NCBI GenBank assembly: GCA_027622665.1 | Contig: JAQBYT010000015.1 | Span: forward strand, 13,327 to 77,326 | Reading direction: 5' to 3' | DNA from: Verrucomicrobiota bacterium | GTDB taxonomy: Bacteria > Verrucomicrobiota > Verrucomicrobiia > Opitutales > Seribacteraceae | DNA: 64,000 bases | Shown here: piece by piece, positions 37,856 to 46,560 of the stretch | Layout of the letters: the number at the start of each line of letters is the position of its first letter | How positions within the stretch are numbered: position 1 is the first letter of the stretch | Position numbers and translations under genes: made by a program | Notes under the pieces: model-generated | Databases searched by the model: none | Seen by the model: only the letters and a program-made list of their open reading frames with translations | Told to the model about the DNA's origin: nothing

Positions 37856-40414
37856 TCAGCGAGTGCCGTTAGCGTTCTCCGGTTTCTCTCTATAGGCCAT
37901 CCTTTCGGCGCGAGCAGAGTAGCATTCCCCCAGCATCTGGCCTCGGGGCTTGAGGTTCCCCGACTCGAAATCGATTTCCTCGGAAGACTTTCCTTCTTCC
38001 TGCAAAAGACGACCTTCGAGCGATTCTTGATCCTCCTCGGATTCATCGGCGGACAGATGAGTCATGGGGTAACCCTCTGCCGCGAGCAACCTGCCCACCA
38101 GTATCGCTCGGTGGCAGGTAAGTGGATCTTTCTCTGCGCAGAACAAGGCGATTCTATACTTGGCGGCTCCTTTGCGCAGTCGGTCTAGCCCATCGGCAAA
38201 GGCGGGAACCTTTTCAATTAGGTCGTAGCGAGCGACGCCGTCCAAGTAGCATTCCGATTCCTCTCGCCGGGCCCCCAGTTCCTTTCCGAGAAAAACATAA
38301 AGTAGACCGGCGGATTCGAGAAAAGTCTTCAAGGGATCACGGGAATAAGAAGGTTCACGTTTCGAGTAAGGTTGTGACCGTAAGTCTGCCACTGCCTCAA
38401 TGTCTTTTGCCTTTAGAATTTCGATAAACCGCTCGATCGCCAACCCCGCATAACCGATCGTGTAGATCATGGGGAGTGATGAGGAGGTCTCAGGTTCAGA
38501 GGGAATGACCTCCAATTCTTCGAACTCGGCTTCGTCGACTGTTCCGGCATTTGGTTCCACCTCTAATTCCATTCGCCATCGCGCCAATATTTCGAGGACG
38601 CCCTTACCGTACTTCCGCACCTTCGCCTGGCCGATCCCTTTGACCGCCAGGAGTGCTTCCTCGTTTTGAGGAAGACTGGCTGCCATTCCGCGAAGAGTCG
38701 CATCCGAAAAGACCTGATAGGGTCTAACTCTTCCCGTTCTGGCGCGTGCCACGCGAAACTCGCGCAACTCCTCGAACACCTGCTCGCGAAGGTGTTCGGG
38801 GGTAACTGCTTCCGGAATATCCTCAACAGTCTGCTCACCGTATCGCCTTCCGCCTTTCTTCTCCGAGACCTTTCGAGTAAGAAATAATTTAGCTTCGAAT
38901 GACCCAGCAAGAAAAGCAGGTGCCTTCGCACCAAGACCGAGAACGGTGAACTTCTTTTCCTCGTCGATGTAACGCGACTCGAGAAGTTCCTGCCCGAGGA
39001 GCTGGTCGATGACGTTTCGGATTTCGGGCTGTTTGTAATCCCTCAATGCGCCGTGACTCTCGAGCTGATCGTGCCCAAAGCGACGCACCTTGTCGGTATC
39101 GCCTCCACGAAGCACCGTGGCCACTTGCAATGTTCCGAAGCGTTCTCCAAGATCGCTTACGCAACGAAGCACGCTCAACGCCACCTCGTGACCGTTCGCC
39201 ATTTCGGGTAGTTCCGCGAGGCACACGTCGCAGGCCCCGCACGATCCCGGTTCCAAGTCCTGCCCGAAGTAACGAACCAGAAAACGATGGCGGCATTGCG
39301 ACCCGGAACTAAACCGATAGGTCTCGGAAAGACGAGAAAGAGAAGGCTCCAACTCAGGGGAACCTTCACTTAAGCTCTTCTCCACAATAAACTTCCACAA
39401 GGCGAAATCCGCTCCCGAATAAAGCAGGATGCACTCCGCGGGGTCACCGTCACGCCCAGCCCTCCCCGATTCCTGAGCAAAGTGCTCTATGGATTTCGGC
39501 ATGCGAGCGTGCAGAACATAGCGCACGTCCGTGCGATCGATGCCCATGCCGAAAGCCACCGTCGCCACCACCACCCGGCACTCGTCCGACATGAAGGCAT
39601 CTTGTACGCGAGATCGATCCGAGCTCGCCATCTCGCCGTGATAGGCCAATGCGTTCACACCTTGCGCCTGTAGTTTCTCTGCCAGTGCGACCGTATCCTT
39701 GCGGCGGATGGCGTAAACGATGCCCGCATCTTTGGGATTACGCCGAACGACGGAAAGAATTTGGTCGAATCCGTCTCCCTGACGGGGATAGAATTTGTAG
39801 GTCAGGTTCGGTCTATCCACAGACCCGATCACCAGTACCGAATCCCTCATTCGAAGACGCTCCCGTATATCCTCGATTACCCTTGGAGTGGCAGTGGCCG
39901 TACAAGCGAAAAAAGGTATTTCCGACCAACGATCGCGCAATTCCCCCAAGGCGAGGTAATCGGAGCGGAAGTCATGCCCCCACTGGCTTATACAATGAGC
40001 CTCGTCGACGATGACCATACCGATTTCCAATCCCGAGACCAATTCCTCGAAACCTTCGCCGCGTACCCGCTCTGGCGTCACGTACAGCATGGAAAGTTCT
40101 CCGCCTCGCAAACGTCGTAAAGCCTCTCCCCGCGAAGCCGCATCCTGAGAACTGGCCAGCATTTCTGCAGCGACACCGTTGAGCTTGAGTCCATCCACCT
40201 GATCCTTCATCAGAGAAAGGAGAGGAGATATTACCAGATTCAGCTTCCCATTGCAGATGGACGGTGTCTGAAAACAGAGGCTTTTCCCTCCTCCTGTGGG
40301 TAAGACAAGCAACACGTCGCGACCCGACAGGGTCGTCTCTATAGCCTCCTTTTGGTTTGGGTAGAGACGGTCGAAACCCCAAGTTTTGCGAACGATGTCG
40401 AGATAGTTTTGCAT
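37856..40414 (-). CDS. recQ: ATP-dependent DNA helicase RecQ with HRDC domain and a C-terminal DUF488 domain fusion
   Basis: FGFDRLYPNQKEAI, LPTGGGKSLCFQ, DEAHCISQWGHDFR, zinc/RQC Cys cluster, HRDC (VFSDATLRGMA...GIGQAKVRKYG). Then IYTIGYAG...ADLRSQPYSKR...ALFCAEKDPLTCHR, which is the DUF488 signature. The track start is TTG 40480, but the ATG at 40414 is preferred. Confidence 0.9.
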   Translation of the reverse strand: MQNYLDIVRKTWGFDRLYPNQKEAIETTLSGRDVLLVLPTGGGKSLCFQTPSICNGKLNLVISPLLSLMKDQVDGLKLNGVAAEMLASSQDAASRGEALRRLRGGELSMLYVTPERVRGEGFEELVSGLEIGMVIVDEAHCISQWGHDFRSDYLALGELRDRWSEIPFFACTATATPRVIEDIRERLRMRDSVLVIGSVDRPNLTYKFYPRQGDGFDQILSVVRRNPKDAGIVYAIRRKDTVALAEKLQAQGVNALAYHGEMASSDRSRVQDAFMSDECRVVVATVAFGMGIDRTDVRYVLHARMPKSIEHFAQESGRAGRDGDPAECILLYSGADFALWKFIVEKSLSEGSPELEPSLSRLSETYRFSSGSQCRHRFLVRYFGQDLEPGSCGACDVCLAELPEMANGHEVALSVLRCVSDLGERFGTLQVATVLRGGDTDKVRRFGHDQLESHGALRDYKQPEIRNVIDQLLGQELLESRYIDEEKKFTVLGLGAKAPAFLAGSFEAKLFLTRKVSEKKGGRRYGEQTVEDIPEAVTPEHLREQVFEELREFRVARARTGRVRPYQVFSDATLRGMAASLPQNEEALLAVKGIGQAKVRKYGKGVLEILARWRMELEVEPNAGTVDEAEFEELEVIPSEPETSSSLPMIYTIGYAGLAIERFIEILKAKDIEAVADLRSQPYSKREPSYSRDPLKTFLESAGLLYVFLGKELGARREESECYLDGVARYDLIEKVPAFADGLDRLRKGAAKYRIALFCAEKDPLTCHRAILVGRLLAAEGYPMTHLSADESEEDQESLEGRLLQEEGKSSEEIDFESGNLKPRGQMLGECYSARAERMAYREKPENANGTR

Positions 40415-40784
40415 GGATTGTTTAAGGGGACTTTCTTCCGAAAGCTTTGTCGGCAAGTCAAGGTAAAGGACTATTGCCAAGACTTTCCTTTGAAGTCTAC
40501 TTATTAGCCATGTTTAGCAGACTCATTATTGCCGTACTCTCAACAGTGTGTGGAAACCTCTTCACAACCCAAAAGGCAATCAGGTAATCCTGAACTTAGT
40601 TTAATATCTCTCGCACATCTATGAGCAACATGGAAAGCAACACTCTAATCGAAAACCTTTTCGGGTCCGACCTATCTGCGTCAACTTGCGAAAAAGTCAG
40701 AACTGGTCATCCCTCTTTGACCGACGAGGGGAAACTCGGCACTCTCCAAGTAGACGCCTACGCGTCTCTCGCCCTGCCCGAAAA

Positions 40785-42746
40785 GTGATTGGCCGACTGA
40801 CGCCATTCTTCCTTCCTCTTATCGTTGCCCTTGGCCAGGAGGATGTATTGGAGTCGATAGAAGTTCAGGGCATTGCGAGACCCGCGAACAGTGCGGAAAT
40901 TATTGTTTTCGATCGTCAAGACATCGACGCATCTTCCAGTTTTCATCTTGATGACTTACTCCGTTCTCATCCGAATTTCTCAACCTATCGCCGTTCCGGT
41001 TCGGGTATCGCCCACCCCACAAGCCAAGGAGTTTCCCTAAGAGGCGCAGGAACCAGCGCGGCCTCACGTTCTTTTGTCCTCCTAGATGGAATTCCGTTGA
41101 ACGATCCGTTTGGTGGCTGGGTTCGCTGGAATCGCTTCTCTCTCGCAGAACTGGAAACTGTCCGCTTTGGGCGAAAAGGTGCCTTTGTCTCGTCGGCAGG
41201 AAACATCAAATTACAAAGTCGTCGCCCCGTCAAAAGCTCACAAGGTCAGTTCGGTTTTGCCGCCGGTGATGTCCGAGGTTTCTCCGTAGATGGCTTTTCC
41301 GCAAGCCCTGCCAACCAGAAAAATTGGGAGGCAACCGCGAGTTTTCGTATCGAGGACTTCGCGGGACACCCCGTGGTTCGAGCCACCCAGCGCGGTCCCA
41401 TCGACGAGGATGCATGGAGTCGCATGCAGTCCGGACGCACCACCGTGTCCCATCAACTTTCCTCCGGCCGCCTTATCGCTACTTTCGCCGGTTTCTCCGA
41501 GAAGCGTGGCAACGGCACACCCCTTGGTCGCAACAAAGCCGATGGTTTCGATTGGACACTGGGACTGCAGGGCGAGGTCTCACGCACTATGCTGTTTGGC
41601 CAAGAACGTGATTTTGCCAGCGTTTTCCCCACTGTAACCGGAGTAAAGGCAGAGCGAGCCTCGGAAAGTATCGTCCTCGACCAATTCGCCGTACCCGCAT
41701 CCTCTCTTGGCTTCGTTCACGAACATTCTTTTGATGCCGACGAACACGAGTTCGGCTTTTCCATTATGGCTTTGCAAAAAGAAGGTCACACCAACGAAAT
41801 CAACAAGTTCACCGACACCCGCAGACATGCAGGTGGTCGCCAAACCCAAATCGGCCTTTCACTTGCCGATGGATGGAGTCCCGCCGAAAGTTGGAACCTT
41901 TTTGCGGAACTGAAGGGTGAATGGTTTCGTAACGAAGATGGCATCCGAAGAGGTTGGAAAACTTCCAATGGCAGCTTTTCCGTTCGTGAGGATCTCGAAG
42001 TAGGTGGTTCTCTCGACCTATCCAAAGCATTATCCGAAACGATCGTCGCCCGATCTTCCGTACGCTCCCATGTCCGCCAACCCACCCTGAACGAACTGTA
42101 CCGCCCCTACCGAGTGGGCGACTTCTCCGTGGCGGCCAACGAGGATCTCGAAATCGAGCGCATCACGGGAGTCGAAATCGGTCTGGATTGGCAAGTCACC
42201 GATCGTTTGTCCGCCTCGCTCGGCCTTTTTCATGATCAGCTCCACGACTCCGTGGCAAACATTTCCGAACTCAGCAACCCCAACGACGCCACCCGTCGCA
42301 ACCTCGATAAAGCGACGGTCGACGGTCTCCAAATGTCAGTCGAGCACTTGCTAACAGAGGAACTCTCCTTTCGGTTGCACGGTCTGCTCATGGACACAGA
42401 GGTAAGGAGTTGCCCCGAAAACCCGGGGCTCGTCGGCAACCACTTTGCTCAAGTCCCGAAGCAACGTGCAACCGCCACGCTACTATGGTCGCCAAGTCAG
42501 TGGAATCTGCGCCTCGATGCCCGCCACGAATCGGAACGCTTCGATGACGCTCGAAATTCCCGTTTGCTCGATAATTGCCTCACTCTCGATGTATCCCTTT
42601 CGAGAAGATTTTCGAAAAATACCCGCATATTCCTTACAGTAAACAACATAACGAATGAGGAAATACAGACCCACCGTACAGCCGAAGGTGTCGCGTACGT
42701 TGAAGCTCCGAGACATTGGTCGGCCGGTTTAGATTGGAAATTCTGA
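40785..42746 (+). CDS. TonB-dependent outer-membrane receptor
   Basis: Plug (VSLRGAGTSAASRSFVLLDGIPLNDPFGGWV). Beta-barrel ending ...SAGLDWKF. The GTG at 40785 gives the signal peptide VIGRLTPFFLPLIVALG, whereas the track ORF begins at TTG 40686. Confidence 0.88.
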   Translation: MIGRLTPFFLPLIVALGQEDVLESIEVQGIARPANSAEIIVFDRQDIDASSSFHLDDLLRSHPNFSTYRRSGSGIAHPTSQGVSLRGAGTSAASRSFVLLDGIPLNDPFGGWVRWNRFSLAELETVRFGRKGAFVSSAGNIKLQSRRPVKSSQGQFGFAAGDVRGFSVDGFSASPANQKNWEATASFRIEDFAGHPVVRATQRGPIDEDAWSRMQSGRTTVSHQLSSGRLIATFAGFSEKRGNGTPLGRNKADGFDWTLGLQGEVSRTMLFGQERDFASVFPTVTGVKAERASESIVLDQFAVPASSLGFVHEHSFDADEHEFGFSIMALQKEGHTNEINKFTDTRRHAGGRQTQIGLSLADGWSPAESWNLFAELKGEWFRNEDGIRRGWKTSNGSFSVREDLEVGGSLDLSKALSETIVARSSVRSHVRQPTLNELYRPYRVGDFSVAANEDLEIERITGVEIGLDWQVTDRLSASLGLFHDQLHDSVANISELSNPNDATRRNLDKATVDGLQMSVEHLLTEELSFRLHGLLMDTEVRSCPENPGLVGNHFAQVPKQRATATLLWSPSQWNLRLDARHESERFDDARNSRLLDNCLTLDVSLSRRFSKNTRIFLTVNNITNEEIQTHRTAEGVAYVEAPRHWSAGLDWKF

Positions 42747-42842
42747 ATTGTATTAGTTAAGATGAGCAATCCGTCATCATTTGGTGGGAAACAAACTTGC
42801 AACTTTTCATGTTCTGGCGCGTTATTACTATTATATTAAAGC

Positions 42843-42872
42843 TTGACATAGAGATGTTTTAGGTGCAAAATA
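42843..42872 (+). promoter_or_regulatory. Candidate sigma-70-type promoter for the DUF1549/DUF1553 gene cluster
   Basis: TTGACA (42843-42848), 17-18 nt containing TG, then CAAAAT/AAAATA, in an AT-rich spacer. Resemblance only. Confidence 0.3.
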
Positions 42873-42912
42873 ATTGATATATCATAAAGAGCTTATACAA
42901 CACACCTTTGAA

Positions 42913-45189
42913 ATGCATAAATCCATGAACTGCACATACTTAAGTTGTAAATTTTTAGGATTAGCCTTACTGTCTCTCACGACTGTCAAAGCTTCGGGGC
43001 GTGATTTCTCGTCAGTGAACGGCCAGAAATTATCAGGCGAGGTGATAAAGTACTACGGCGACTACATACTTTTCAAGCGGTCGGAGGACCATCAGCTTTT
43101 CCGTTTTAAAATGGAAGTTCTATGCGACAAGGACCAAGCATTCGTCAAAAACAACTTTGCGCCGGATCGCGAGGACGTCCCGACTCTTCCTCGCCCACTT
43201 TCTTCACGAGACGTTACTAAGTTCGCTTTAGGAGTAGACGGTTTATTGGACACTCAACTTCGAAAATATCGGCAGCGACCGAACAAAACGATCGAAGACG
43301 AGGCGTTTTTGCGTCGCGCCTATTTGAAAATCGCCGGGCGAATTCCCTCCTTGGTAGAAACTCAAGCTTTCATAAAAAACGGTCGGCGGACTACAAAAAG
43401 GCAAGAACTGGTCGATCAGCTCCTCAACTCTGACGGGTATGTCAGCCATTGGTATCACTTCTGGGCCGATATTCTTCGAGCAAAAGAACGACTGCAAGGT
43501 GCAGCTGGTATGTCGGGAAAACCCTATGTTACGTTTATCAAGGACTTCGTGCGCACCAACAAACCTTACGATCAATTCGTCAGAGAATTGTTGTCCTCCA
43601 AAGGCCCCGTATGGGAAAAAGGTAATGGAGCGGTCGGTTACTACTTCAGGGATCGCGGCATGCCTTTGGACAACATGGCGAATACCGTAAGGATTTTCCT
43701 TGGAACTAGTCTTGAATGCGCCCAATGCCATGATCATCCTTTTGATCGCTGGTCCCAGAAGCAATTTTACGAAATGGCAGCCTTTACACACGGCGTCGGT
43801 GATGCTCGCAGGAAAGAAGGAACCGAAAACTTAGCCACCTTCAACAAACTTGTTCGAGAAAGGCAAAAAGAAGATCAAAAGCTTCGTAACGTGGCTAGAG
43901 GCATAAGAGACATCGTACAGTTTGGCGTAGATGATCCCGGTCAAGGAAAAATTCGACTCCCGAAAGACTATCAATACGATAACGCCAAGCCCAACGAGGA
44001 ACTTGAAGCCCGCACAATTTTCGGCCTCGCCGTAGAACTGGATAAAAACCTCAAGGAAATCGGCTCTCGGGAAGCTTACGCCAACTGGCTCGCATCCGAT
44101 GCTAATCCTCGATTCACCACGGTTATTGCCAATCGTCTGTGGAAGGAGGTCATGGGGATTGGGTTGATCGAACCCGTCGACAATATGATGGATGATACCA
44201 CGGCGTCTAATCCGGAACTCCTGCAATATCTGGACAAGCTTTTGGTTGCTCTCGATTACGACGTAAAGGAATTCCTTCGGATCTTATACAACACCAAGAC
44301 CTTTAACAGAGCTACTCCCACAGAGCAGTTCAGCCTGTCTTCGGAAACTCCTTATCTCTATCCCGGTCCAATTCTGGAACGAATGACGGCTGAACAAATA
44401 TGGGATTCGCTATTGGTGCTGACCTACCCGGAAATCGATAAGCGCAAAGTAAAAGACAATCCCGCCGAGTACGAGCGATTTGAACGCTACTCGGAAATGT
44501 CAGGCGAGGAACTTTTGGCGGAAGCCATGTTGATGTCCACGGGCGACAAGAACATGATGATGATGAAGGATGATGGCAAAATGGCGGCTAAAGCGGGCCC
44601 TGCGGAAAACGTGAATTGCCCCATTAAGCCGGGACGCGCTGTCGATCCTGGGATTACTGTCGTGAGCGACGGCAAAACAATTGCCTTCTGCTGCAACGGT
44701 TGCAAAAACAAATTCATGGCCGATCAAGCCGTGCCAAAACCAACAAAAGAACCAAAGGCCACCGCTGACAAAGGGAAAGGAATGATGGATGACGGATTAA
44801 CTTATGTAAACGCGAGGGAGGCCAGAGCTTCTGAAATCGGCTCGCCCGCTCCTATCGGTCATCTCGTACGTGAATTTGGCGGTTCCGATCGTGAGCAAAT
44901 CCAAAACAGTCACCGAGACGCCTCGGTTACTCAAGTGCTTTCCTTGCTGAACGGCTATGTAGAGCAAAAAATTCTGAAAAACAAAAAGTCGGTAGTTCTT
45001 CAGAATCTGGGCAAGGCAGAGAACATGGAGGACAAGATAGACACGATTTTCTACACAATCTTGAATAGAAAACCTGACTCACGAGAGGAACGTGACTCGA
45101 AAGACTTCATAAAGAAGTTCGGGGACGATGCTTACCCGGATCTTATTTGGACACTCGTGAACAGCCACGAATTCATCTTTGTGCAATAA
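42913..45189 (+). CDS. DUF1549 (PSCyt2) / DUF1553 (PSD1) protein with an SHD1-like N-terminal domain and a Met-rich + YHS/TRASH-like Cys insertion
   Basis: YLKIAGRIPSLVETQAFI, HWYHFWADILR, CAQCHDHPFDRW, NPRFTTVIANRLWKEVMGIGLIEP. Insertion NCPIKPGRAVDPGITVVSDGKTIAFCCNGCKNKF. The track start is TTG 42874, but the ATG at 42913 is preferred. Confidence 0.88.
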   Translation: MHKSMNCTYLSCKFLGLALLSLTTVKASGRDFSSVNGQKLSGEVIKYYGDYILFKRSEDHQLFRFKMEVLCDKDQAFVKNNFAPDREDVPTLPRPLSSRDVTKFALGVDGLLDTQLRKYRQRPNKTIEDEAFLRRAYLKIAGRIPSLVETQAFIKNGRRTTKRQELVDQLLNSDGYVSHWYHFWADILRAKERLQGAAGMSGKPYVTFIKDFVRTNKPYDQFVRELLSSKGPVWEKGNGAVGYYFRDRGMPLDNMANTVRIFLGTSLECAQCHDHPFDRWSQKQFYEMAAFTHGVGDARRKEGTENLATFNKLVRERQKEDQKLRNVARGIRDIVQFGVDDPGQGKIRLPKDYQYDNAKPNEELEARTIFGLAVELDKNLKEIGSREAYANWLASDANPRFTTVIANRLWKEVMGIGLIEPVDNMMDDTTASNPELLQYLDKLLVALDYDVKEFLRILYNTKTFNRATPTEQFSLSSETPYLYPGPILERMTAEQIWDSLLVLTYPEIDKRKVKDNPAEYERFERYSEMSGEELLAEAMLMSTGDKNMMMMKDDGKMAAKAGPAENVNCPIKPGRAVDPGITVVSDGKTIAFCCNGCKNKFMADQAVPKPTKEPKATADKGKGMMDDGLTYVNAREARASEIGSPAPIGHLVREFGGSDREQIQNSHRDASVTQVLSLLNGYVEQKILKNKKSVVLQNLGKAENMEDKIDTIFYTILNRKPDSREERDSKDFIKKFGDDAYPDLIWTLVNSHEFIFVQ

Positions 45190-45235
45190 AAGCTTTTTAT
45201 TTAAATTTCCGACAATAATTAATCAGAATTCAACC

Positions 45236-46537
45236 ATGAGAGACATCACACGTAATTTTGACGACCTCGGTCGACGCCAATTTATCGCCCAAGCAGCGAA
45301 AGCCTGTCTGGGAGTCGGTCTACTGCCTATGCTGGGTAACCATGTTAACACCCCGCTAAACGCTCTCACTCCAGGTGTTCGTCCCGCCACGGCACGGTAT
45401 GTCATTTACCTGAACATGGCGGGCGGAATGACCCACCTCGACACCTTCGATCCGAAACCCAACAATCCTAAGGTGCAAGGGCCAACCAAGGCCGTGCAAA
45501 CAAGCGCGGACGGCGTTATACTCTCGGAAAACTTTGCGAAGACTGCGGCCCACATGCACAACGCTGCCGTAATCAGGTCCGTTTCGACCAACCAAGGCGC
45601 CCACGAGCAGGCCGGATATCTGATGCATACAAGCTATGAAAAGCGTGGTACTATTGTGCACCCAACCTTTGGAAGCTGGGTAGCCAAGATGTCCGGGCCA
45701 ATCAACCGTACCATTCCGATGAACGTTCGAATCGGGGGAGGCAGTAATGAATTAGGGGCTGGGTTCCTCGAATCTCAGTTCGGTCCGCTTCCCATTGGTA
45801 GTCCAAAGGCTGGTCTCGCCAACAGTAAGATGGCCGACTACCTGAATGAGGACCGTTTTGGTCGACGTCTTGCCATGGCCGAAAAGATGAACACCAAGTT
45901 TGTCGGTCGTTTTCCTCAAAAGAAGGTACGAGCCTATTCAGATCTTTACAAGGATGCGGTCAAGCTCATGAGAAGCGAAGACCTGAAAGCGTTCGACATC
46001 GCGCAAGAGCCCAAAAACATACAGGAGTTCTATGGCGAATCGAACTTTGCTCAAGGTTGTTTGCTTGCTCGTCGATTGATCGAAAACCAAGTTCGTTACG
46101 TAGAGGTGACTCGTGGCGGTTGGGACACCCATGACGAAAATTTCGATCGTGTCGGCGAAAACTGTATGGAAGTCGACCAAGCTCTTAGTGCTTTGCTATA
46201 CGACCTTGAACACAGAGGACTGCTGAAAGAAACTCTTGTAGTGCTCACCTCCGAGTTTGGTCGCACTCCCGAAATCAATCCCCGCAATGGCCGTGATCAC
46301 TGGCCCAAAGCTTTCTCCGCCTTTATGGCCGGCGGCGCAATCAAAGGCGGCACGGCTTATGGAAAAACTGATGAGAACGGCAAAGAAGTGGCCGAAAACC
46401 CAGTCAAACCGCCCGACTTGAATGCCACAATCGCCTACGCTCTGGGATTGCCGTTAAATGAAATTCAATATTCGCCATCCGGACGCCCGTTCACAGTAGC
46501 TCATAAAGGCGAACCTATCCTCGACATCCTCGCTTAG
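45236..46537 (+). CDS. DUF1501 family protein (sulfatase/alkaline-phosphatase-like fold) with a Tat signal
   Basis: MRDITRNFDDLGRRQFIAQAAKACLGVGLL, then GGMTHLDTFDPKP, GGWDTHDENF, SEFGRTP...GRDHWP. Confidence 0.9.
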   Translation: MRDITRNFDDLGRRQFIAQAAKACLGVGLLPMLGNHVNTPLNALTPGVRPATARYVIYLNMAGGMTHLDTFDPKPNNPKVQGPTKAVQTSADGVILSENFAKTAAHMHNAAVIRSVSTNQGAHEQAGYLMHTSYEKRGTIVHPTFGSWVAKMSGPINRTIPMNVRIGGGSNELGAGFLESQFGPLPIGSPKAGLANSKMADYLNEDRFGRRLAMAEKMNTKFVGRFPQKKVRAYSDLYKDAVKLMRSEDLKAFDIAQEPKNIQEFYGESNFAQGCLLARRLIENQVRYVEVTRGGWDTHDENFDRVGENCMEVDQALSALLYDLEHRGLLKETLVVLTSEFGRTPEINPRNGRDHWPKAFSAFMAGGAIKGGTAYGKTDENGKEVAENPVKPPDLNATIAYALGLPLNEIQYSPSGRPFTVAHKGEPILDILA

Positions 46538-46560
46538 GAAGGTCGAGAATAAGAATACCG

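Noticed and set aside
40600-40784. A cobalamin or TPP riboswitch in the TonB-dependent receptor leader (GAGGGGAAACTCGGCAC, CCCTCTTTGACC).
   Set aside because: There is no B12 box (GCCACTG) and no TPP CTGAGA...ACCTGATCTGGATAATGCCAGCG core. The resemblance is limited to a few nucleotides.
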